Of a stretch of DNA of 64,000 bases, positions 1 to 8,854 are shown one piece after another. The stretch lies in NCBI GenBank assembly GCA_934131695.1, contig CAKOZV010000004.1, positions 1,992-65,991 on the forward strand, written 5' to 3'. Every line of letters starts with the position of its first letter. Position 1 is the stretch's first letter. The position numbers and the translations under genes are program-made. The notes under the pieces were generated by a model, which saw only the letters and a program-made list of their open reading frames with translations, searched no databases and was not told where the DNA came from. The stretch is from an uncultured Bacilli bacterium (lineage in GTDB: Bacteria; Bacillota_I; Bacilli_A; RF39; UBA660).

Positions 1-908
1 GATAAAACTAAAGTTATCATCATTGGTAGACCTTCTGGAACTGATACTACTATCATTGTTACTGCTAGTGTTAAAGCATACAAAAGATGAGCAAACAATA
101 AAGAAAAATCACTACAATAGACAATTATTTTATTTATATCAAACTGATTATTGATAACTAAAGAAAAGAATAGATATGACAAAGCAACAAAGAAAGCTGA
201 ACAATAACCAATTCTACTAATTATAGTTGCTAAATGTCTTAATCTAGATTTAAGAGGACTTTCCGGCTGAACATCTTGTAACTCTTTCGCTATTTTTCCA
301 TAGAAAGTGTTAACCCCTACTTTAGTTACTAACATCTTACCAGTACCTTGATAAATAACACTACCTCTAAATAGCTCATTTGTCTCTTTAGGATTAAGTC
401 CTTTTTTAAAAGGATACTTATATATTTCTTTACTTTCTCCTGTAATTGATGATTCATCAATTGTTAAATTACCTTCTAGTAAAACTCCATCAGCTGGTAT
501 TTTTTCACCATATTCTAAAAGAATAATATCTCCTACTACTATCTCTTCAATAGGAATAGTAACAATACCTTCGAATCTCTTTACTTTAGCTTTAGTCTTA
601 GAAGCTTCTTGTTGTAACTTATCAAAAGCTTTTTCACTACCATATTCTGATAAAGTAGAAATAAATGATGCTAGAAAGATAGCTATTGCTATACCAACTG
701 TTTCATACCAGTCAAAGTCTTTAATTAAAAATATAGTCTTTATTCCAAGAGCAATTAATAAAATACGAATTATAGGGTCACCTAAACTCCTAAGTAATTG
801 TTTAAAAAAGGTATCTCTATGAATAGTTTCTAAAGCATTATTACCATATTTTTCTCTTGACCTAGTTACTTCTTCCTTACTTAATCCATCAATTCTAATT
901 TTTTCCAT
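1..908 (-). CDS. P-type cation-transporting ATPase (Ca2+-ATPase-like), N-terminal part; the gene continues beyond the left window edge
   Basis: Manual translation of the minus strand from the ATG at 908 (RBS AGGAGGG upstream) gives MEKIRIDGLSKEEV...TGES...VPEGLP. These are the actuator TGES motif and the M4 PEGL motif typical of P-type II ATPases. It is not in the ORF track because it is truncated by the window edge. Confidence 0.8.
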   Translation of the reverse strand, partial: MEKIRIDGLSKEEVTRSREKYGNNALETIHRDTFFKQLLRSLGDPIIRILLIALGIKTIFLIKDFDWYETVGIAIAIFLASFISTLSEYGSEKAFDKLQQEASKTKAKVKRFEGIVTIPIEEIVVGDIILLEYGEKIPADGVLLEGNLTIDESSITGESKEIYKYPFKKGLNPKETNELFRGSVIYQGTGKMLVTKVGVNTFYGKIAKELQDVQPESPLKSRLRHLATIISRIGYCSAFFVALSYLFFSLVINNQFDINKIIVYCSDFSLLFAHLLYALTLAVTMIVVSVPEGLPMMITLVL

Positions 909-1020
909 AGATACCCTCCTAATAAATGGTATGTTAAGTTAAGGAGTAGTATCTTAGTAATAACTATCTAAAATTAGACAAAAAAACAGATAAGAGTTAA
1001 CTTACCTGTTACTTATATTC

Positions 1021-1764
1021 TTATTTACTTTTTACTAACGCGATATAATTATTTACTTGGCTAGCCCAAGTAGTACTAGCTGCATATTTAGGTCCCATAG
1101 CATTTGCTGTAGTTAAACCTTTAGATACATAGTTTTTATATAGATTATCAATATAACCCATAATACCTTCATCTAAAGTAGGATATGCTTTATAGCTTCC
1201 TCCTCCACAAGATGGTCCACCTTTTTGTCCACCAACATTGTTACAACTACGAACTAAATTACTACACATTCCACTATTACAACCAGTTTCATGTAAAATA
1301 ATAGCAGTAGCTAAATAAGGATCAACACCTAATTGTAAAGAATAACTAGCAATTAAGTAACCTTTTCCAGCTATAGTTGATTTTAAACTTCTATTTAGTT
1401 TTTCTGCTAATTGATTTAAAGTCATTCCATCATAAACAATTGGATCAACTGGTGTAGTTGAGACATCTTCATAAGTAGTTATCTCTTTAACTTCATCTTG
1501 AACTTCTACCTCTTCAGTAGGAGTATTCTCATCCGTTAAAGGATTTTCAACTTTCTCTTCTACTATATTATTATTATTTTCATTTTCTTTTTGACTTACT
1601 TTTTCTACTGTACCAGAAGATAAATCCTTCATAGTAACTTTTTCATAAATTACACTATTTTCCTTTTCTATTTGAAAAGACCTATACTGTAAAAATATGG
1701 CGGCTCCTATCATTGAAACTCCTAAGAATCCAAGTGATAAGCTAAGCCTATTCGCTTTTTTCAT
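1021..1764 (-). CDS. membrane-anchored peptidoglycan hydrolase with a mannosyl-glycoprotein endo-beta-N-acetylglucosaminidase (Glucosaminidase) domain
   Basis: An N-terminal hydrophobic anchor is followed by a C-terminal ...AIILHETGCNSG...NNVGGQKGGP region resembling the glucosaminidase family. The likely start is MKKANRL, preceded by AAGGAGGAA. Confidence 0.6.
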   Translation of the reverse strand: MKKANRLSLSLGFLGVSMIGAAIFLQYRSFQIEKENSVIYEKVTMKDLSSGTVEKVSQKENENNNNIVEEKVENPLTDENTPTEEVEVQDEVKEITTYEDVSTTPVDPIVYDGMTLNQLAEKLNRSLKSTIAGKGYLIASYSLQLGVDPYLATAIILHETGCNSGMCSNLVRSCNNVGGQKGGPSCGGGSYKAYPTLDEGIMGYIDNLYKNYVSKGLTTANAMGPKYAASTTWASQVNNYIALVKSK

Positions 1765-1794
1765 AGTTCCTCCTTCAAATAAGAACATCTATAT

Positions 1795-1823
1795 TGTAGC
1801 AAATATGTATAGTTTTGTCAAAT
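1795..1823. repeat. 29-nt element tgtagcaaatatgtatagttttgtcaaat, copy 1 (repeated at 2816-2844)
   Basis: An exact 29-nt match is seen upstream of paralog gene 1 and again upstream of paralog gene 2. It marks the left boundary of a segmental duplication unit. Confidence 0.7.
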
Positions 1824-1902
1824 CGGCACATTATTTCAACATATTTCTTTGATTTTTAAGAACAAATATGATAAAATATACGGTCATAAGGAGAAAGAAC
1901 AA

Positions 1903-2478
1903 ATGAAGAAAATAATAACCAACTTTTCTACTAAAGAAAATCAAAAATTTATGTATTCTACTATGGAACCACCAACCATAATTACTATGGATAAAGTCAT
2001 TAAGCATAATTTATGTAGATGTAATTATTTTGAAGATATATACAATTTGAAAAAACAATTTGCAGCATTAATTGAAAACTATCCAAATGCCCTAAATGAT
2101 GATGACGTTCTAGCCACTTATCAAAAATTACAAAAATATGCAGCTAAAAACAGAGTATCATTAGAGAATTGTTATAGCTATAGAAATAAAGAATATAATC
2201 CTAATCATAGAAAAGAAGGAATTAAATGGAGTGACTATGGAGTAAAAATCATCCCCGATTATAGAACTATTAATATTAAATACATTGATATAACAGGATA
2301 TCATTTTTTAGCTAGCAGAGATTTAATAGCAAAACATCAGTTAATTCTTAAGTCAAAAAACGGAATAGTAGCAAACTATAACATGACAATTGCTGATACT
2401 AATGAATTTATTTTTGAAAAAGATGCACTAGACTATATTGAAAAGAAAGCATACGTTAAAACTAATAAAACCATCTAA
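1903..2478 (+). CDS. hypothetical protein, member 1 of a 4-gene tandem paralog family (unknown function)
   Basis: Start MKKIITNF with RBS AAGGAGAAAG. It shares the motifs ITNF, ENYP, NCY-Y-NK, YG(I/V)(R/K)I(I/V)P, ITGYHF and (S/H)QL-LKSK with the ORFs at 2909, 3476 and 4003. It is closest to paralog 4. Confidence 0.6.
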   Translation: MKKIITNFSTKENQKFMYSTMEPPTIITMDKVIKHNLCRCNYFEDIYNLKKQFAALIENYPNALNDDDVLATYQKLQKYAAKNRVSLENCYSYRNKEYNPNHRKEGIKWSDYGVKIIPDYRTINIKYIDITGYHFLASRDLIAKHQLILKSKNGIVANYNMTIADTNEFIFEKDALDYIEKKAYVKTNKTI

Positions 2479-2495
2479 TACTTTATTATATGTAA

Positions 2496-2815
2496 AAAAA
2501 GAAGAAAGGACTAAACTTCTATCAAGCTGAGCCCTAATTTTTTATGTTCTAAATCAATAATATCAACACAACAATCAACTATATCGCATACTGAAAATCT
2601 TTCTGATTGATGACATAAATACTCATTACAAAGTTTAGAGATATGAACTTGTCCATCATTCTCTAAACCAATATCAATAAACAAACCAAAATCGACAACA
2701 TTACGTACCGTTTCTTGTAGCTTCTCACCTTTTTTCAAGTCTTCACTATGTAAAATATCTTTTCTTAAGACTGGTTGTGGATACTTATCTCTTAAATCTC
2801 CTTGTTGTAGCAAAT
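2496..2815 (-). pseudogene. duplicated, diverged 3' fragment of tex (S1-domain end), non-functional remnant
   Basis: The 100-aa ORF at 2511-2813 reads ...DLRDKYPQPVLRKDILHSEDLKKGEKLQETVRNVVDFGLFIDIGLENDGQVHISKLCNEYL...GLSLIEV. This is about 75% identical to the C-terminus of Tex (4524-4860). The DNA is roughly 80% identical by eye and includes the downstream hairpin. Confidence 0.75.
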
Positions 2816-2844
2816 ATGTATAGTTTTGTCAAATTGAGCTATTT
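2816..2844. repeat. 29-nt element copy 2 (see 1795-1823)
   Basis: Identical 29-mer immediately after the tex-fragment copy. Confidence 0.7.
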
Positions 2845-2908
2845 TCTTTTGCTTTTTTAACCATTATATGGTATTATAGTCATCGCACAAACAAAGGGGG
2901 ATAAATTT

Positions 2909-3460
2909 ATGATTAAAAGAATTACAAATTTTGCAAACAATGAAAGTCGAATGATTGATTGGAACGATAATGTTCCAAAAAATTGTACTATTGGAACTTT
3001 TGGAACGATGTTTAAATTAAAAGAATTACAAGAATTAATGACACAGTTTAATCTACTTGTTAGTATTTATCCACAAGTTTTAGAAGACGAAACTGTTTTA
3101 AATGATTTTGAAAGATTAAAAAGTTATGCCAAGAAACATAGAGTAGCATTACAAGACTTGTATTCTTATCAAAACAAAACAATATTTCCTGCTTCTGAAA
3201 TAGGTCGTAAAAAATATGCAAATTACGGAATAAGAATTGTTCCAAGTATTTATCATGATGAACCACTTAAAACTATTACCATAACAGAATATTCATTTAT
3301 GGCAAATAGAAAATTATTAAGTAAAAATCAATTAAATATTAAAACTAAAAGTGGAATGATAGTTGATAAAAATATGATTTTAACTGATTCTACTAGTAAC
3401 TATTCTTACGATAAAAATGCTTTAGATTGGCTCTCAAGTAGACAATATATAAAAAGATAA
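2909..3460 (+). CDS. hypothetical protein, paralog family member 2
   Basis: MIKRITNF..., YGIRIVP, ITITEYSF, NQLNIKTKSG. RBS AAGGGGGA. Confidence 0.6.
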   Translation: MIKRITNFANNESRMIDWNDNVPKNCTIGTFGTMFKLKELQELMTQFNLLVSIYPQVLEDETVLNDFERLKSYAKKHRVALQDLYSYQNKTIFPASEIGRKKYANYGIRIVPSIYHDEPLKTITITEYSFMANRKLLSKNQLNIKTKSGMIVDKNMILTDSTSNYSYDKNALDWLSSRQYIKR

Positions 3461-3475
3461 AAAGAAAGGAAACCT

Positions 3476-4003
3476 ATGAGAAAACAACTTACAAATTTTT
3501 CTAAAAAAGAAAGAGTATTTAGTATAACTAAAATGGCACCATCTCAAAAAGAAATAAGCAAGAAAGAACTAGAACTATGTAAAAAAGAACTTATTGATTT
3601 AAAAAATGCACTACTATGTTTATTTATGACTTATCCAAGAGATTTAAGTGATGAAGTTATCAAAGAAAATGCAGAAAAACTAAACAAATATGCTGAAAAA
3701 AATCTAATTTCTAGAGAAAATTGTTATAACTATTCTGATACTGTAAAAAGTGATTCACCTATAGCTAAGCAACTTTACTATGGTATAAGAATAACTCCAG
3801 AAGAAGATCCTTCAATAAATAAAATAGTAATAACTAAATATGGTTTTAATACTGCTAATAGAATAATTTACAAATCACAATTGAAACTTAAAACCAAAGA
3901 AGGGGTTATTATCAATCAAGATATGACCCTAGTTAGTCGAAATATGAACTGTCATATTAACAAAGTCAAAGTTAAGAGTTCTAGAATAAAAAAGAGTATC
4001 TAA
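3476..4003 (+). CDS. hypothetical protein, paralog family member 3
   Basis: MRKQLTNF..., YGIRITP, ITKYGF, SQLKLKTKEG. RBS AAAGGAAA. Its stop overlaps the start of member 4 (TAATG). Confidence 0.6.
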   Translation: MRKQLTNFSKKERVFSITKMAPSQKEISKKELELCKKELIDLKNALLCLFMTYPRDLSDEVIKENAEKLNKYAEKNLISRENCYNYSDTVKSDSPIAKQLYYGIRITPEEDPSINKIVITKYGFNTANRIIYKSQLKLKTKEGVIINQDMTLVSRNMNCHINKVKVKSSRIKKSI

Positions 4004-4527
4004 TGAAAAAACGAATCACAAACTTTACAACTTATGAAAATCAAATGTTAGATTTCAATCTAGAAACTCCTATTTTAATTAGTAGTGATTTAGATAACTA
4101 TCTAGAAGAATTTAATGGTTTAAGAAAGCAGTTTGAATTATTAAGAGAAAATTATCCTAATATTTTAGATGATGACATAATTAACAATAACTATCAACAA
4201 TTACTTAGCTATATTGAGCAAAATAATTCTGCTATTACAAATTGTTATAATTTTTATAACAAAGAAAAGGATAATAATTATTCTTATACAGAATATGGAA
4301 TTAGAATTGTACCTAGTAATAAATCATCTTATATTAAGAATATAACTATAACTGGTTACCACTTTTTCCATAATAATCAGCTAGATACTAAAAGTCAGTT
4401 AAATCTTAAATCTAGAGAAGGAATAGTAGAAAACTATAATATGATTATTGATGACTTTGATAAATGCATTTTAGATAAAGAATCTTTAGACTTTCTAGAA
4501 CAAAAAATATATAAAAAAAGGGACTAA
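4003..4527 (+). CDS. hypothetical protein, paralog family member 4
   Basis: MKKRITNF..., YGIRIVP, ITITGYHF, SQLNLKSREG. Convergent with tex. Confidence 0.6.
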   Translation: MKKRITNFTTYENQMLDFNLETPILISSDLDNYLEEFNGLRKQFELLRENYPNILDDDIINNNYQQLLSYIEQNNSAITNCYNFYNKEKDNNYSYTEYGIRIVPSNKSSYIKNITITGYHFFHNNQLDTKSQLNLKSREGIVENYNMIIDDFDKCILDKESLDFLEQKIYKKRD

Positions 4528-6668
4528 ACTTCTATTAAGCTTAGTCCTACTTTTTTGTGTTCAACATCAATACTGTCAACATAGCAATCAACTATATCAC
4601 CAACAGAGAACTTTTCTGATGGATGACGTAAGTATTCATTACAAAGTTTAGAAATATGAGCAAGGCCATCATTCTTTAAACCAATATCAATAAACAGTCC
4701 AAAATCGACAACATTACGCACCGTTCCTTGTAGCTTGTCACCTTTTTTTAAATCTTCAATATGCAAAATATCACTTCTTAAAACAGGTTGTGGATACTTA
4801 TCTCTTAAGTCTCTTTCTGGTTGTTTTAAACTAGAAATTATATCATCAAGAGTGTATTTATCAATATCAAGTTTTTTTATTATCTCATCCTCATTTATTT
4901 TATCTAGAGAATTAATTAATTTTTCACTACCTAAATCATTTAAAGAAAGATTCAAATGATTGAGTAATTTTTCCACTTTTTTATAACTTTCTGGATGGAC
5001 ACTTGTTTTATCAAGAGGATTATCACCATCTACTATTCTTAAAAATCCAATAGACTGTTCATATACCTTTGGAGTCATCCCTTTAACCTTTAATAGCTCC
5101 TCCCGAGATTTAAACTTTCCTTTTTTATCTCTTGTATCAAGTAATTCTTTAATAACCTTTTTATTTAGTCCTGATACGTAAGAAAGTAAACTACTACTTG
5201 CTGTATTAATATTAACTCCTACTCCATTAACAGTTTTTAATACAACAAATCCTAATGATTCATCAAGTTTTTTCTCGGGTACATCATGTTGATATAATCC
5301 TACCCCAATACTTTTAGGATCAATCTTAACAAGTTCTGCTAAAGCATCTTGAATTCTTCTACCAATAGAAATAGCACTTCTTTTTTCTACCGTTAAAGAT
5401 GGAAATTCACTAATGGCTAGAGGACTAGCTGAATAAACTGATGCTCCTGCTTCACTTACTATTACATACTCTACTTTTCTTTTGGCATCTTTAATAGTAT
5501 CTGCGATAAAAGCTTCACTTTCTCTGGATGCTGTTCCATTACCAATAGCAATTATATCAATATCATATTTATCAATTAGTTCTAGTATCTTCTTTTTACT
5601 ACCTTCTATATCATTATGTGGTTCAGTCGGATAAATAACTGCTATTTCAAGTGGCTTTCCTGTCTTATCAAGTACGGCTAATTTACATCCTGTTCTAAAA
5701 GCTGGATCATAACCTAAAACTACTTTATCTTTTAATGGTGGCGTAAGCAAAAGATGTTCTACATTAGATGAAAAGTTTTCAATGGCTCTATCTTCACCTT
5801 TTTCTTTTAAATCTGCTCTTATCTCTCTTTCTACACTAGGAAGAATTAATCTTTTTAGACTATCTTTAATAGCAGATTTTACTAAAGGATTAACAAAGGA
5901 TTCCCTCTTAATTATTTTCTTCTCTAAAAATTCTATAATTTTTTCTTCATCATAATCAAGCTTAACAGTTAAAACGCCTTCTTTTTCTCCTCTATTAATT
6001 GCTAAAATTCGATGTGGTTTTAACCCTTTTAATGGTTCAGAGAAATCATAATAGATAGTATAAGTTGCATTTTCATCTATACTATTTTTCTTTTTCTTAC
6101 TAGTAAGTGAAGCATTTTTATATAGAAAACTTCTAATCCACTTACGATAATAAGCATTATCACTTATCCATTCAGCAATTATATAACTAGCTCCTGTTAA
6201 GGCTTCATCTGTATTTTTTACCTTATCATTAACAAACTTACTAGCTAAACTATCAAGACTACCAGTCTCTTTAAAAGCCATAATCATCTTAGCAAGTGGT
6301 TCAAGTCCAAGAGCAATAGCTTCTGTTGCCTTAGTCTTTTTCTTTTCTTTATATGGTCGATATAAATCTTCTACTTCTACTAATTTCTGACAAGCTAAAA
6401 TTTCATTCTTTAACTCTTCTGTTAACATCTTTTTCTCATCTATTAATCTAATAACATCTTCTTTTCTCTTTAATAGATTCTCTTGATAAACATATACTTC
6501 TTCTATTTTTCTAATTACTTCTTCATCTAAAGCACCGGTTGCTTCTTTTCGATATCTTGCAATAAAAGGAATAGTATTTCCTTCACCTAGTAAAGTTAAA
6601 ACTGTTTGTACTTGTTTTTCACTAATGTTTAAGTCTTTACTCATTTCTTTAATAATCATTTCATTCAT
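4524..6668 (-). CDS. tex: transcription accessory protein Tex (YqgF/RuvC-like, HhH and C-terminal S1 domains)
   Basis: 714 aa. The N-terminus is typical of Tex (MNEMIIKEMSKDLNISEKQVQ) and the C-terminal S1 domain ends ...GLSLIEV. Confidence 0.9.
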   Translation of the reverse strand: MNEMIIKEMSKDLNISEKQVQTVLTLLGEGNTIPFIARYRKEATGALDEEVIRKIEEVYVYQENLLKRKEDVIRLIDEKKMLTEELKNEILACQKLVEVEDLYRPYKEKKKTKATEAIALGLEPLAKMIMAFKETGSLDSLASKFVNDKVKNTDEALTGASYIIAEWISDNAYYRKWIRSFLYKNASLTSKKKKNSIDENATYTIYYDFSEPLKGLKPHRILAINRGEKEGVLTVKLDYDEEKIIEFLEKKIIKRESFVNPLVKSAIKDSLKRLILPSVEREIRADLKEKGEDRAIENFSSNVEHLLLTPPLKDKVVLGYDPAFRTGCKLAVLDKTGKPLEIAVIYPTEPHNDIEGSKKKILELIDKYDIDIIAIGNGTASRESEAFIADTIKDAKRKVEYVIVSEAGASVYSASPLAISEFPSLTVEKRSAISIGRRIQDALAELVKIDPKSIGVGLYQHDVPEKKLDESLGFVVLKTVNGVGVNINTASSSLLSYVSGLNKKVIKELLDTRDKKGKFKSREELLKVKGMTPKVYEQSIGFLRIVDGDNPLDKTSVHPESYKKVEKLLNHLNLSLNDLGSEKLINSLDKINEDEIIKKLDIDKYTLDDIISSLKQPERDLRDKYPQPVLRSDILHIEDLKKGDKLQGTVRNVVDFGLFIDIGLKNDGLAHISKLCNEYLRHPSEKFSVGDIVDCYVDSIDVEHKKVGLSLIEV
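4530..4566. terminator. bidirectional rho-independent terminator between paralog 4 and tex
   Basis: Stem GGGACTAA ... TTAGTCC with a T-run on one side and an A-run on the other. A degenerate copy lies at 2497-2533. Confidence 0.6.
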
Positions 6669-6742
6669 CTTGTATTCCCTTCCTTACTAGTTAATTATAA
6701 TATCTAAAATACTTACTTTTCAAGGAATTTCAAAAGAAAAGC

Positions 6743-7080
6743 TTATAATAAATTTATCTCTTTTAACGATAAACCAGTATGTTTACTTATTTCTTCTTTT
6801 GATAGATTTGTACTTAATAAGCTTCTAGCTATTTCTATTTGTTTTTCTCTCTCACCAGCAATTTTACCCTTATCAATACCTTCTAAGTAAGCAGTCTCTC
6901 TTGTCATTTCATTTACTTTCTCTGCATCATAATAAGCATTAAATTTATCATCTTTTCTTAGTCTATCTAACTCATCCATAATAACAATTCCTTCCTTATT
7001 ACTATTTACTATTCTTTTAAGACTATTATTATCTTTAGCAGTTAACATCGATAATAACATTTCATTCTTATTGTCACCAT
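6743..7080 (-). pseudogene. duplicated 3' fragment of the adjacent Rpn-family nuclease/transposase gene
   Basis: The 105-aa ORF is about 90% identical to the C-terminal 100 residues of the 275-aa protein at 7110-7937 (…LLSMLTAKDNNSL(K/E)RIVNSNKEGIVIMDELDRLRKDDKFNAYYDAEKVNEMTRETAYLEGIDKGK…). DNA homology ends near 7080. Confidence 0.75.
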
Positions 7081-7109
7081 ATACTCTAAATTTATAAAAT
7101 TGTCATCAC

Positions 7110-7937
7110 TTAATTTTTTTTAACTATTTTATCTAATTCTTCTAAAGACAATCCAGTTACATTAGAAATATCATTATCATCCATAGATAAAGCTTTTAAC
7201 TTTTTAGCTATTTCTATTTGTTTTTCTCTCTCACCAGCAAGTTTACCCTTATCAATACCTTCTAAGTAGGCAGTCTCTCTTGTCATTTCATTTACTTTTT
7301 CTGCATCATAATAAGCATTAAATTTATCATCTTTTCTTAGTCTATCTAACTCATCCATAATAACAATTCCTTCCTTATTACTATTTACTATTCTTTCAAG
7401 ACTATTATTATCTTTAGCAGTTAACATTGATAATAACATCTCGTTCTTATTGTCACCATTATAACAAATGTCCTTATAATTTTCTAGATAGACATCATAG
7501 ATTTTTACCCCTTTCTTTACTAAATCATAATTCTTATTTCTAAGTTCATATAGCAATACACCATTACCTTTAGTAAATTTTTCTCTATTTAGATTTATTT
7601 GAATCACCTGTTTAGCATAATAGTTATTTCCTTTTTCATGTCTACTACCAGCTAATCTAAAAGCATAAGTTAGATTTTTAATTGAGTAATACTCTCCTAT
7701 TTGATTATTAATTTCAATATTAACTAATATGTCACCATTTTCAAGTAGTAAATCTAGTCTTAAATCTTTAATATTATTACCAGAGTTTAACTCATTGTCT
7801 ACTAGAATATAGTTAGTTAAATCAATATCAATTATATCACTAAACAGTTCTAAATAGATATCTCTAGTTTCTTTCTTTTTCATTAAATATTTCATAGTTG
7901 TATCTGCTAGAATACTAATAAATTTGTTATCGTTCAT
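7110..7937 (-). CDS. Rpn-family recombination-promoting nuclease / putative transposase (PD-(D/E)XK nuclease with a DUF4351-like C-terminus)
   Basis: A D...NG...VNIEIN PD-(D/E)XK-like core and a C-terminal EGIDKGKLAGEREKQIE repeat-like tail are typical of YhgA/Rpn-like proteins in Firmicutes. Confidence 0.6.
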   Translation of the reverse strand: MNDNKFISILADTTMKYLMKKKETRDIYLELFSDIIDIDLTNYILVDNELNSGNNIKDLRLDLLLENGDILVNIEINNQIGEYYSIKNLTYAFRLAGSRHEKGNNYYAKQVIQINLNREKFTKGNGVLLYELRNKNYDLVKKGVKIYDVYLENYKDICYNGDNKNEMLLSMLTAKDNNSLERIVNSNKEGIVIMDELDRLRKDDKFNAYYDAEKVNEMTRETAYLEGIDKGKLAGEREKQIEIAKKLKALSMDDNDISNVTGLSLEELDKIVKKN

Positions 7938-8131
7938 TTTTTATTTTTCCTTTCTTTTTTAAGAGTAGGATTACTATAGCAGATACATTTTTTAATTGCA
8001 AACAGCCAATTTTCAAATTTCCAGCTCACATTTTCGGTGATTTTACATTTTGAATACCTGAAATAATAAAATTCAGGATAGTTTTTACCCTGAATTTACA
8101 AAATTAGCATCCCCTAAATTTTTTTATCTTT

Positions 8132-8788
8132 TTAATAACCAAGTCTTAATATCTCAAATTGAGCATTTAAACTAGTACCTTTACTTCTAGCCTCACTACT
8201 AGTTGCATATAAAAGATCAAAAGCAAACTTTTTACCTTCATCTCTTCCAATATCAGGTCCTCTATCAAGTACTATTCCAATAAAAGTACCTTCTCTACTA
8301 TTTGATACTCTTACAATTGTCCCAAAAGGATATTTTCTATCTCCTGCTAGAATACGTACTTCATTATACTGACTATCCATATAAGTGATATTATTTTCAT
8401 CTATTCTATAACCTGATGAGGTATGTGTACCAATATCAGAGCCATAACCACTCATTTTTCCAGTAAAGACTTCACCTTGATAATACTTATTAGTAGAAGT
8501 GTTAGTAGTATTATCACTACTAGCTGGTATAGATTCTTCCTCCTTTGGAGTATTAACTACTACCTTTTTCTCTTCTTGAACTTTTTCTACTTCTTCTTTA
8601 CTATTATCTTCTTCTTTATCTTCTACAGTAGGAGTATCTTCTTTTATTTCCTTAGTTATTATACTACTATTAACAAAAGTATCTAGTCTCTTAACAGATA
8701 TTGATTTACTATCTGGTACTACTGTTGTCACTGTTAAAATAGTAGCCATAACTAGACAAGTATCTATAAAAATACATAATTTTTTCAT
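8132..8788 (-). CDS. 3D-domain (YuiC/MltA-like) cell-wall protein with signal peptide and acidic linker
   Basis: C-terminal SGYGSD...ILAGD...GTIVRV...GIVLDRGPDIG...FDLL has three conserved Asp in 3D-domain spacing. Confidence 0.6.
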   Translation of the reverse strand: MKKLCIFIDTCLVMATILTVTTVVPDSKSISVKRLDTFVNSSIITKEIKEDTPTVEDKEEDNSKEEVEKVQEEKKVVVNTPKEEESIPASSDNTTNTSTNKYYQGEVFTGKMSGYGSDIGTHTSSGYRIDENNITYMDSQYNEVRILAGDRKYPFGTIVRVSNSREGTFIGIVLDRGPDIGRDEGKKFAFDLLYATSSEARSKGTSLNAQFEILRLGY

Positions 8789-8854
8789 TCAATCACCTAT
8801 TAATATTTTACTAGTTAGATAAATAATTGGCAATAGTAATTATTACCATCACCC

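Noticed and set aside
3060-3266. 68-aa ORF antisense inside paralog gene 2
   Set aside because: A shadow ORF fully contained in a better-supported gene on the other strand. AT-rich sequence yields many such ORFs.
4735-4959. 74-aa ORF antisense within tex
   Set aside because: Shadow ORF. tex is unambiguous.
8423-8686. 87-aa low-complexity ORF antisense in the 3D-domain gene
   Set aside because: Phe/Ile-rich translation of an A/T-rich antisense strand, with no RBS.
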